Shown here one piece after another: positions 1 to 7,672 of a DNA stretch of 32,000 nucleotides. This stretch comes from Candidatus Syntropharchaeum caldarium (GTDB lineage: Archaea; Halobacteriota; Syntropharchaeia; Syntropharchaeales; Syntropharchaeaceae): contig LYOS01000001.1 of NCBI GenBank assembly GCA_001766815.1, positions 450,001 through 482,000 on the forward strand, written 5' to 3'. The notes under the pieces were generated by a model. It saw only the letters and a list, made by a program, of their open reading frames with translations, was not told where the DNA came from and did no database searches. Each line of letters starts with the position of its first letter. Within the stretch, counting starts at the first letter, position 1. The position numbers were made by a program, and so were the translations under genes.

Positions 1-1367
1 CACACGACCCAGCAAGTCCGTACAGAGGCTTAAACAGCTTCGATGCAGATGGCGATGGCGCCCGTGATGCAGTGAGGGTTGAGAGTGAGAACACGCTCGG
101 CATGGATATCGATCAGGATGGCGTGAATGAGTCCATGAACCCCGATGGTATTGCACTTAACGGCGATGAGACGGTTGTCTTCACACTCAGGAAGTACATG
201 AACGAGGGAGACACACTCCAGTTCTTCGACCACAAGGTTACACTCAAGGAGGTCTTCAGCTATCCAGATGTTGCGATCCTTGATGTCTGTGACAACGAGG
301 GTGGCAGCAGTACAAACTGTGAACAGGACGTTACGATAGCAGAGGGTAACTACGTGCTCTTCTACCGCGGTGCGATGAGAAATGAAGGAACGACCTTCTA
401 CGTGAAGCTGATACAGGCTGATGCAAATGATAATAAGGCGATCGTTGAGGTCGGACGAATGTTTGGTCAGACCCATGCAAACATAGGGGCTAACCTCTAC
501 TGGAACCAGAAAGCATTCATCGTGGATGGTGTCCTCTACAGCGTGGCTGCGATCATGACAGGACCTATCGGTACTTACGATGGTGACTGCTTCAAGTACA
601 TCACGATCCGCGAGAAGCTTCCAAAGTTCCCGATCAAGATCTACGGCAAGCATCTCGATGTACTGGAGCCCTATGAGCTAATTCCAGAGCCAGCACCGTT
701 CAGCGAGGATCACGAGGTGCTCGTTGATGTGCTGCCATACCAGTTCATACCACAGGATCAGCAGGATAAGATCGGCGATAAGATCGCACGACCACCACTC
801 GAGATCTGGTACACCGAAGAGTCGATTGAGCCACGGTTCACAGGATCACTGCTTGAGATACTGGATGAGCCTGAGTGTCTCGGTCCGAACTTCATCCATA
901 ACGACTACTGCTCGAGTCTTCTCAGCGAACAGTGGATGGTTGAGTGGTTCCACACATACCCAGAGCAGTACACAGCATTCGTGCTACCAGAGGGCGAACT
1001 CTACCTGATGACGCTTGCATGGTTTGCACCAGAGGCAGAGACAACGATCTGGGATAGTGATCCATATGAGCCAATCGTTACCAAGTCAGGCGACCGCGCG
1101 AAGTTCTGGTATGACCCAGCAGATCCGACGGATATCTATGTGACGAAGACAACTCAGACACCGCCACCGCCACCACCGACATGCAAAGGCGACTTCAACG
1201 ACGATGGCGTCATCAACTTCGATGACTTCGTGGAGTTTGCAGGAGCATACGGTTCTTCCAGTGGTGATCCCAACTACAACGCTCTCGGCGACTTCAACGA
1301 CGATGGCGTCATCAACTTCGATGACTTCGTGGAGTTTGCAGGCGTCTATGGCACATCCTGTCCGTGA
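1..1367 (+). CDS. Surface/secreted protein with an unassigned N-terminal region and a C-terminal dockerin; the 5' end lies outside the window
   Basis: The frame is open from nt 3 to the TGA at 1365-1367, with no stop upstream of the track's GTG at 72, so the gene is truncated by the window edge. It ends with a Pro-rich linker (TQTPPPPPPT) followed by GDFNDDGVINFDDFVEFAGAYG and GDFNDDGVINFDDFVEFAGVYG. This is a duplicated Ca-binding loop-helix (DxNxDGxIxxxD) as in type I dockerins. Confidence 0.8.
   Translation, partial: HDPASPYRGLNSFDADGDGARDAVRVESENTLGMDIDQDGVNESMNPDGIALNGDETVVFTLRKYMNEGDTLQFFDHKVTLKEVFSYPDVAILDVCDNEGGSSTNCEQDVTIAEGNYVLFYRGAMRNEGTTFYVKLIQADANDNKAIVEVGRMFGQTHANIGANLYWNQKAFIVDGVLYSVAAIMTGPIGTYDGDCFKYITIREKLPKFPIKIYGKHLDVLEPYELIPEPAPFSEDHEVLVDVLPYQFIPQDQQDKIGDKIARPPLEIWYTEESIEPRFTGSLLEILDEPECLGPNFIHNDYCSSLLSEQWMVEWFHTYPEQYTAFVLPEGELYLMTLAWFAPEAETTIWDSDPYEPIVTKSGDRAKFWYDPADPTDIYVTKTTQTPPPPPPTCKGDFNDDGVINFDDFVEFAGAYGSSSGDPNYNALGDFNDDGVINFDDFVEFAGVYGTSCP
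1182..1364 (+). other. Dockerin module (two F-hand segments)
   Basis: 61 aa, CKGDFNDDGVINFDDF...GDFNDDGVINFDDF. The two segments are encoded by a base-perfect 56-nt direct repeat (1188-1243 and 1287-1342). Confidence 0.8.
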
Positions 1368-1391
1368 AATGCGGACAGATGAGTTAATGAG

Positions 1392-3641
1392 GTGAAGACA
1401 ATGAAGGCAAGAATGACAGGGGCGGGCTTTGCAGCCCTCCTCTTAATATTTAGTCTCTTCGCAACCATTAGCGTGAGTACAGTCACAGCAGCAGGTCCTG
1501 AGGTCTATGTTAACCCAGCGTTAACTGAAGATCTCTGCCCGGGTGATACATTCACGGTCACGGTCGAGGTGGACTCCGACACATTCAACCTCAGAGCCGT
1601 TCAACTGGATCTGGTGTATGATACAACCAAATTCCAGGTAAACGGTGCTACTGTCGAGGATGATCTCTTTGGAGCAGGTAACTATCTGGATCTAAGCGAT
1701 CTCACAGACGACGGAGAGCTGAACCTCGCTATAGCCAGTACGAATCCACCCTACGGACCAGAATCTGGAACCCTTGTAACCGTAGAGTTTGAGGTGAAGG
1801 CCGGCGTTCCAGACAACACATACGCACTCGATCTGCAGAATGTCGTGCTCAAGGATGAGAACAACGATGACATTCCAGGTGTTACCGTAACCGACGGTGC
1901 GGCTGAGGTAGATTGTGGTGCACCACCAGCAGGTCCTGAGGTCTATGTTAACCCAGCGTTAACTGAAGATCTCTGCCCGGGTGATACATTCACGGTCACG
2001 GTCGAGGTGGACTCCGACACATTCAACCTCAGAGCCGTTCAACTGGATCTGGTGTATGATACAACCAAATTCCAGGTAAACGGTGCTACTGTCGAGGATG
2101 ATCTCTTTGGAGCAGGTAACTATCTGGATCTAAGCGATCTCACAGACGACGGAGAGCTGAACCTCGCTATAGCCAGTACGAATCCACCCTACGGACCAGA
2201 ATCTGGAACCCTTGTAACCGTAGAGTTTGAGGTGAAGGCCGGCGTTCCAGACAACACATACGCACTCGATCTGCAGAATGTCGTGCTCAAGGATGAGAAC
2301 AACGATGACATTCCAGGTGTTACCGTAACCGACGGTGCGGCTGAGGTAGATTGTGGTGCACCACCAGCAGGTCCTGAGGTCTATGTTAACCCAGCGTTAA
2401 CTGAAGATCTCTGCCCGGGTGATACATTCACGGTCACGGTCGAGGTGGACTCCGACACATTCAACCTCAGAGCCGTTCAACTGGATCTGGTGTATAATCC
2501 GGCTGTGCTACAGGTCAACACAATCACGGAGAATGGACTCTTCGCAACATACCTCACAGAGCCAGGCAGTGGTGACGACGGTGCTGGAACGATCCACTAT
2601 GGAATGTCCAGTACTGAAGGTACTTATACACCATCAGCTGGAACCTTCATAACTGTGGAGTTTGAGGTTTTGCCTGGGGCACCTGATGCGACGTATGCAC
2701 TCGATCTGCAGAATGTCGTGCTCAAGGATGAAAACAACGATGACATTCCAGGTGTTACCGTAACCGATGGTGCGGCTGAGGTGTATTGCGTGGATAACCC
2801 ACCAATCCCGGACATAACCGAGCCAGCAGACGGTGCAGAACTGTGCCCAGATGATCAGGTCACGATCAGCGTTGTCGATCTCAGTGGTGAAGGTGATATT
2901 GTATCCACGGTCATCGAGTACTACTATGATGCGGACTGCAACGGTGTAGCAGATGATGGAAATAGCTGGATAGAGATCACCAGTCCATGGAATACAACCG
3001 GATTGGATCCTGGTTGCTACCTGATACGGGCGACGATGGAAGACGATATAGGTCAGACCGGAGAAGACCAGATCGGTGTGGAGATTCTACCGTGCTGTGA
3101 TGCGGACTTTGTGCTCTACCTTGAAGCAGGGTGGAACCTGGTTTCAGTGCCAAAGCCGATCCTGCCATTTGGTGTCAATGCAACAACACTCTTTGATCTG
3201 GTACCTGGTGAGACCGCGTCTTACTATGATGCGTCAACCGCTTCATGGATCAACGATGGTGATATAATCGTTGCACCATGTCAGGGATACTGGGTCTACA
3301 AGGTTGCACCTGAGGCGATCTGTATCTACTACGACAGGTCGGTCCTGATCCCACCGGTACAGGAGCTGTATCAAGGCTGGAACATGATCGGGCATATCGA
3401 TGACACCGTCTGGAGCGTTGAGGACTTTGTCGTTGCCACAGGACTCAGCAATGTGTGCTGTGAAGATAAGGCAACGATGATCGCAACGCTCGAAGAACAG
3501 GGAATGTCGCCTACAGATGTAAGACTCGTGTACAACTACCCAGCAGCCCCAGGAATCTCTGAGTTCGACAGTATGACACCGGGCTATGGATACTGGGCGT
3601 TCCTGACTGAAGAGCACCTGATGCCTGGAACAACTGCATGA
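1392..3641 (+). CDS. Scaffoldin-like secreted protein: signal peptide, three tandem cohesin modules, an Ig-like spacer and an unassigned C-terminal domain
   Basis: N-terminal signal peptide (MKTMKARMTGAGFAALLLIFSLFATISVSTVTAA). Three roughly 146-aa modules follow the cohesin pattern (PGDTFTVTVEV...LRAVQLDLVYD...GTLVTVEFEVKAG...TYALDLQNVVLKD...IPGVTVTDGAAEV). The start is GTG 1392, or ATG 1401 preceded by GAGGTGA at 1389-1395. The gene lies 24 nt downstream of a dockerin gene. Confidence 0.85.
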   Translation: MKTMKARMTGAGFAALLLIFSLFATISVSTVTAAGPEVYVNPALTEDLCPGDTFTVTVEVDSDTFNLRAVQLDLVYDTTKFQVNGATVEDDLFGAGNYLDLSDLTDDGELNLAIASTNPPYGPESGTLVTVEFEVKAGVPDNTYALDLQNVVLKDENNDDIPGVTVTDGAAEVDCGAPPAGPEVYVNPALTEDLCPGDTFTVTVEVDSDTFNLRAVQLDLVYDTTKFQVNGATVEDDLFGAGNYLDLSDLTDDGELNLAIASTNPPYGPESGTLVTVEFEVKAGVPDNTYALDLQNVVLKDENNDDIPGVTVTDGAAEVDCGAPPAGPEVYVNPALTEDLCPGDTFTVTVEVDSDTFNLRAVQLDLVYNPAVLQVNTITENGLFATYLTEPGSGDDGAGTIHYGMSSTEGTYTPSAGTFITVEFEVLPGAPDATYALDLQNVVLKDENNDDIPGVTVTDGAAEVYCVDNPPIPDITEPADGAELCPDDQVTISVVDLSGEGDIVSTVIEYYYDADCNGVADDGNSWIEITSPWNTTGLDPGCYLIRATMEDDIGQTGEDQIGVEILPCCDADFVLYLEAGWNLVSVPKPILPFGVNATTLFDLVPGETASYYDASTASWINDGDIIVAPCQGYWVYKVAPEAICIYYDRSVLIPPVQELYQGWNMIGHIDDTVWSVEDFVVATGLSNVCCEDKATMIATLEEQGMSPTDVRLVYNYPAAPGISEFDSMTPGYGYWAFLTEEHLMPGTTA
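1491..2804 (+). repeat. 438-bp tandem repeat encoding the cohesin modules: copies 1 and 2 identical, copy 3 mosaic
   Basis: Copy 1 (1491-1928) and copy 2 (1929-2366) read identically base for base. Copy 3 starts at 2367 and is identical to them up to about 2495. It then diverges centrally and returns to near identity from about 2693 (acgtatgcactcgatctgcagaatgtcgtgctcaagga...). Confidence 0.95.
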
Positions 3642-3666
3642 GGTGATCGAAAAAAATAGCGATATA

Positions 3667-3694
3667 GAAAGGATTATTTTTCCTTTCTTTTTTT
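3667..3694 (+). terminator. Hairpin plus T7 tract downstream of the scaffoldin gene
   Basis: Stem gaaagg (3667-3672) and cctttc (3682-3687) flank a 9-nt loop, followed directly by ttttttt (3688-3694). Oligo-T tracts are the established archaeal termination signal. Confidence 0.55.
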
Positions 3695-3745
3695 ATTATT
3701 TATCAAATTCAGGGTTGTAAAAAAAAACGATTTAGAGGTGAAAAA

Positions 3746-4453
3746 ATGAAAATGAAAGACTTAGCTGTTACAGGATTAGTTTTGATCATGCTTATCGGAG
3801 CGTTTGCTCCTGTTGTATCAGCAGATGAGCAATCCACCACACCACTCCCGCCAAACAAGTTCTGGGGTACTGTAAATCTAAACGGTGAGCCGCTTGCTGC
3901 TGGATACATGGTGAAGGCGTACATCGATGGCGAGCTTCGAGGGAGTGTGATTGTTACAACACCGGGTAAATATGGTGAACCTCCATCTCTCTATCTTGTA
4001 GTAGATGGTAGTGCATCTGATGAGGGAAAGACAATAACCTTCACACTTGCAGGTGTTCCAGCTGAGGAGACTGCAACCTGGAAGGCAATGAATCCTCCAC
4101 AGGTACTTAACCTCACAGCAAGTGGTGAACCCAAGGAAACACCTGTACCAACCCCCACACCTCGTCCCACGGTAACAGCAACACCAGCTGCAACAGCAAC
4201 TCAAACGCCAGCACCCCAGGATCACGCCCAGGGCGAGAGTAGTACTGATTCATTCAACCAATCGGATGGAGCCATAAGTAGTGTGATCGACTCAATCTTT
4301 GGTGGTAACGAGGCTTCGGATGAAGAAATCCCGGGTGAATCGGGAAATCTTAGAACAATATATGCGATATTGATAATCGAAGCGATCCTGATTGCAATTG
4401 GAATCACAGGTATTCTCTTCTATTTCAGAAAGAAACGAAGAGGTGGTATATAA
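3746..4453 (+). CDS. Type I membrane-anchored surface protein (paralog A): signal peptide, conserved roughly 100-aa N-domain, Pro/Thr linker, C-terminal TM helix
   Basis: GAGGTGA RBS at 3734-3740. Signal peptide MKMKDLAVTGLVLIMLIGAFAPVVSA. N-domain PLPPNKFWGTVNLNG...[10 protein letters not shown]...ETATW. Linker ETPVPTPTPRPTVTATPAATATQTPAP. TM helix IYAILIIEAILIAIGITGILFYF followed by RKKRRGGI. Confidence 0.75.
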   Translation: MKMKDLAVTGLVLIMLIGAFAPVVSADEQSTTPLPPNKFWGTVNLNGEPLAAGYMVKAYIDGELRGSVIVTTPGKYGEPPSLYLVVDGSASDEGKTITFTLAGVPAEETATWKAMNPPQVLNLTASGEPKETPVPTPTPRPTVTATPAATATQTPAPQDHAQGESSTDSFNQSDGAISSVIDSIFGGNEASDEEIPGESGNLRTIYAILIIEAILIAIGITGILFYFRKKRRGGI

Positions 4454-4476
4454 TTAGAGATTAGGAGGTAATAGTT

Positions 4477-5376
4477 ATGGAAATGAAAAAACTTGCAGCG
4501 ATTGGCATACTGGCACTACTCTTACTCTCAGTCTTCACAGCGGTATCGATGACATCGGTGATGGGTGATACAACACCATTGCCCCCAAACAAGTTCTATG
4601 GTAATGTAACTTTGAACGGTACCGATGCTCCAATCGAGACAGTAGTAAGCGCGTACATCGATGGTGAGCTTCGTGGAAGTACCACGGTCACGACAGAAGG
4701 GAAGTATGGTGATAATCTCAACTATCTTATAGTAAATGGCAGTGCAGCAGATATCGGCTCAACGATCGTCTTCTACGTCAATGGTGTTCGTGCAAATGAG
4801 ACTGCCACATGGCAGAACATGGAACCACCGAGAAAGCTTGACCTTGGTGCAGCAGGTGAGTCAGAACCGACAGATGAGCCCACTCCTGAGCCGACTGAAG
4901 AACCAACTCTTTCACCAACTGCCACCGAATCAGGTGGAACTGGTCCAGGTGGAGGAGGTGGAGGCGGAAGCGGCCCCACTGACTCGGACGGTGATGGTAT
5001 TCCAGATATAGATGAAATGAGTGGCTGCACAGACCCGGACAACCCTGACACTGATGGAGATGGTCTCAATGACTTTGAAGAAACTGTTAAAGGCGCAGAT
5101 GGCTGGATAACCGATCCATGTGATCCTGATACCGATGGTGACGGTGTATGGGATGGCAAAGATGCGTATCCGCTTGATTCAACAAGGTCTACGATAGAAG
5201 AAGTGACCGCAACAGCAACCGAGCCACCAGCAGCAACCGAGGAAGCCACACCAGAACCACCAGAACCAACACCAGGCGAAGAGCAGGGTGCTGTTAGCTG
5301 GTACATGATCATCGGTGCGATCGTACTGATACTGATCGGGCTTGTACTGGTCTATCTGTACATGCAGAGGGAGTGA
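4477..5376 (+). CDS. Type I membrane-anchored surface protein (paralog B) with thrombospondin-type-3-like Ca-binding repeats
   Basis: AGGAGGT RBS. Signal peptide, then the same N-domain as 3746-4453 ([15 protein letters not shown]...[10 protein letters not shown]...ETATW). PE/PT linker and a poly-Gly run ([11 protein letters not shown]). Asp-rich repeats [29 protein letters not shown] and [18 protein letters not shown]-terminal TM helix [21 protein letters not shown]. Confidence 0.75.
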   Translation: MEMKKLAAIGILALLLLSVFTAVSMTSVMGDTTPLPPNKFYGNVTLNGTDAPIETVVSAYIDGELRGSTTVTTEGKYGDNLNYLIVNGSAADIGSTIVFYVNGVRANETATWQNMEPPRKLDLGAAGESEPTDEPTPEPTEEPTLSPTATESGGTGPGGGGGGGSGPTDSDGDGIPDIDEMSGCTDPDNPDTDGDGLNDFEETVKGADGWITDPCDPDTDGDGVWDGKDAYPLDSTRSTIEEVTATATEPPAATEEATPEPPEPTPGEEQGAVSWYMIIGAIVLILIGLVLVYLYMQRE

Positions 5377-5378
5377 AC

Positions 5379-5397
5379 AAGAAGAGTGTCTCTTCTT
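5379..5397 (+). terminator. Perfect 8-bp hairpin immediately after the stop codon, followed by T-rich sequence
   Basis: aagaagag (5379-5386), tgt loop, ctcttctt (5390-5397), then ctccctattctttatattttt. Confidence 0.45.
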
Positions 5398-5474
5398 CTC
5401 CCTATTCTTTATATTTTTGAAATACCGAGAGGGGTAATAAATATAAAAGAAGAAATATAAGCTACAGAAGAGGT

Positions 5475-7628
5475 GTGACTTTGAAGATCGCATTAACGAT
5501 TTTAGTTCTGTTCCTATTAACGTTCTCTTGCGTTGCAACTGCATATGAGGATGCAAATCTCGATGAGGTTGGAAAAATTCTTGATGATGCCGGGATGAGC
5601 TTCTATGACCTCTATCCCATACAGCAGGAAATAAGAGATAGGAATTTGAACTGGACTGCCGGGGTGACATCAGTATCCAATCTTTCAGTTGAGGAGAAAA
5701 GGGCGTTATGTGGTCTTGAAGTTAACTCTGGTACATTACTATCTACTGCCCAGACCCTCAAGGCGCCTGTGGAATTGAGGGTAAACTCCACATCCACATC
5801 TTACGGAACGTTCGACTGGCGAGATGTGAACGGAGGAGACTGGATGACCACTGTGAAAAATCAGGCTTCGTGTGGGAGTTGCTGGGCGTTTGCAGATCTT
5901 GGGGTGATCGAGGCTCGGGTAAACATCGAACTCAACGATCCTGACTTTGACCTGGATCTATCAGAGCAGCACCTTGTATCTGCCTGCTGTCCTGCTGGGA
6001 ACTGTGGTGGTGGCGATCCACTCGGTGCTTTCTTTTATATCCAGGAGAATGGTGTGCCAGTGGAGGACTGCTTTCCATACCTTGCCGATAATAGCGACTG
6101 TACCCCATGCACAGATTGGGAGGATGGTGCATGGACGATTGGAGACATCTATCAGGTTGTGCCGGGCACAACAGAAGCTTACAAATGGGGGCTTGAAAAT
6201 TATGGTCCCATGGTCGTTGCACTTGATGCCCCTGACGACATGTTCTATTACACAGGTGGTATTTATGAACCACTTGATGGATGGAGTGGTACCCCAAACC
6301 ATGCGGTTGTGCTTGTTGGATACAATGATACCGGTGAATACTGGATCATAAAGAACTCATGGGGAGAGGGTTGGGGCGAAGGTGGATATGGGAGGGTTCA
6401 TTATGGTGATCTTGAACAGTATAGCGATTATGGATTTCCACTCGTGATTGATAACGTATCAGGACCAACGCCTGTTCACAACCTTAACACATCAGAGGAT
6501 TTTTACACAATCCAGGCTGCAATAGATGATCATGATACGTTAAATGGGCATATCATTGAGGTTGAAGATGGGGTGTATCATGAGAACATTAAGGTAAACA
6601 AGGGTGTAACAATCCGATCGACAAGCGGGGCCGGAGGTTGTATCATTGTTGCAAGAAATCCAGATGAGCATGTCTTTAATGTAACTGCTGATTCTGTAAA
6701 TATAAGCGGGTTTACGGTGGAGGGGGCAGTATCAGAAACCGGGATAATTCTTGAGAGTGTAAATCATTGCAGCATCTTCGATAATATCATATCCGATAAT
6801 AAGTATGGCATTTACCTCAACCATTCTTCAAGAAGCAGACTGCATAACAATTCAATATCGAATAACAGCTATAACTTTGGTGTAAGCGGTGAAAGCCTCT
6901 CAGACTACATCCATGATCTTGATAGTACAAATACCGTAAATGGTAAGCCTATTTATCTGATTATAAATCAGAGTGGTCTGGTCATAGACCCCTCGTGGAA
7001 CGCTGGTTTTCTGGGTGTTGTGAACTCGGATGATATAACCGTCGAAGGCATAACCATAGGCGAGAATGTAAAGGGTGTACTCTTTACCTACACGAACAAC
7101 TCAACGATAACGAATGTGACCAGTCTGGATAATGATTATGGCATATATCTCTATGAATCATCGAATAATGTGATTACAGAATGTAATCTAACTTCAAACA
7201 AAAACGGAATTTATATAAACTCGTCATGTGATAATCGAGTGCACCACAATAAATTCATTGATAACATAATTCAGGGATGTGATGATATGAATACCAACAT
7301 CTGGGATGATGGCTATCCATCGGGTGGTAATTACTGGAACGATTATTTCTGTGTGGATGATAACGGTGATGGAATCGGGGATGTACCCTATCAAATAGCA
7401 GGTGGTGCAGGGGCAGTAGATCGGTATCCCCTGTGTTTTTTTACTTTCTCATGTAAAGGTGACTTCGATAGTGATGGTGACATCGACTTCGATGATTTTG
7501 TGGAGTTTGCAGGAGTATATGGTTCTACCACCGGTGATCCCGAGTACAACGCTCTCGGCGACTTTGATGACGATGGTGACATCGACTTCGATGACTTCGT
7601 TCAGTTTGCTGGAGGGTATGGTACCTAA
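5475..7628 (+). CDS. Secreted papain-family (C1) cysteine peptidase fused to a right-handed parallel beta-helix region and a C-terminal dockerin
   Basis: Signal peptide (LKIALTILVLFLLTFSCVATA). The start is GTG 5475 or, more likely, TTG 5481, which lies 5 nt after AGGTG. C1 catalytic motifs: NQASCGSCWAFA (Cys codon 5880-5882), NHAVVLVGY (His codon 6300-6302) and WIIKNSWGEGWGEGGY. Then about 300 aa of NosD/PbH1-like beta-helix turns (repeated N.I..N..GIYL...S.N). It ends in CKGDFDSDGDIDFDDFVEFAG...GDFDDDGDIDFDDFVQFAG. Confidence 0.85.
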   Translation: MTLKIALTILVLFLLTFSCVATAYEDANLDEVGKILDDAGMSFYDLYPIQQEIRDRNLNWTAGVTSVSNLSVEEKRALCGLEVNSGTLLSTAQTLKAPVELRVNSTSTSYGTFDWRDVNGGDWMTTVKNQASCGSCWAFADLGVIEARVNIELNDPDFDLDLSEQHLVSACCPAGNCGGGDPLGAFFYIQENGVPVEDCFPYLADNSDCTPCTDWEDGAWTIGDIYQVVPGTTEAYKWGLENYGPMVVALDAPDDMFYYTGGIYEPLDGWSGTPNHAVVLVGYNDTGEYWIIKNSWGEGWGEGGYGRVHYGDLEQYSDYGFPLVIDNVSGPTPVHNLNTSEDFYTIQAAIDDHDTLNGHIIEVEDGVYHENIKVNKGVTIRSTSGAGGCIIVARNPDEHVFNVTADSVNISGFTVEGAVSETGIILESVNHCSIFDNIISDNKYGIYLNHSSRSRLHNNSISNNSYNFGVSGESLSDYIHDLDSTNTVNGKPIYLIINQSGLVIDPSWNAGFLGVVNSDDITVEGITIGENVKGVLFTYTNNSTITNVTSLDNDYGIYLYESSNNVITECNLTSNKNGIYINSSCDNRVHHNKFIDNIIQGCDDMNTNIWDDGYPSGGNYWNDYFCVDDNGDGIGDVPYQIAGGAGAVDRYPLCFFTFSCKGDFDSDGDIDFDDFVEFAGVYGSTTGDPEYNALGDFDDDGDIDFDDFVQFAGGYGT
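7452..7625 (+). other. Dockerin module of the protease
   Basis: Two DxDxDGxIDFDDF loop-helix segments separated by GVYGSTTGDPEYNAL. Same architecture and linker as the dockerin at 1182-1364. Confidence 0.8.
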
Positions 7629-7672
7629 TGTCCATGATAATAGTCCAATGCTTAGAATACAAGGTGTAAAGT

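Noticed and set aside
72-74. GTG at 72 given by the track as the start of the first CDS
   Set aside because: The frame stays open back to nt 3, and the upstream residues (FDADGDGARDAV...) look like a continuation of the protein. The gene is 5'-truncated by the window.
30-653. 207-aa minus-strand ORF antisense to the first dockerin gene. Similar long antisense ORFs occur at 3243-3617, 3878-4225, 4773-5312, 5179-5670, 8098-8385, 10298-10906, 11000-11470, 14376-14750, 16173-16565, 21254-21622, 23614-24063 and 31535-31855.
   Set aside because: Each lies entirely opposite a gene with strong family motifs. They have odd composition (Cys/His/Arg/Ser-rich or low complexity), no RBS and no recognisable motif. 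They are treated as shadow ORFs.
1491-2804. Regular 438-bp repeats considered as a CRISPR-like or satellite array
   Set aside because: The period is far too long and there are no unique spacers. The repeats are in frame and encode complete cohesin modules.
4938-4975. G-rich tract (ggtccaggtggaggaggtggaggcggaagcggc) considered as a G-quadruplex or slippage site
   Set aside because: The G runs are only 2-3 nt long, and the tract is in frame and encodes a Gly7 linker. No evidence points to a regulatory role.
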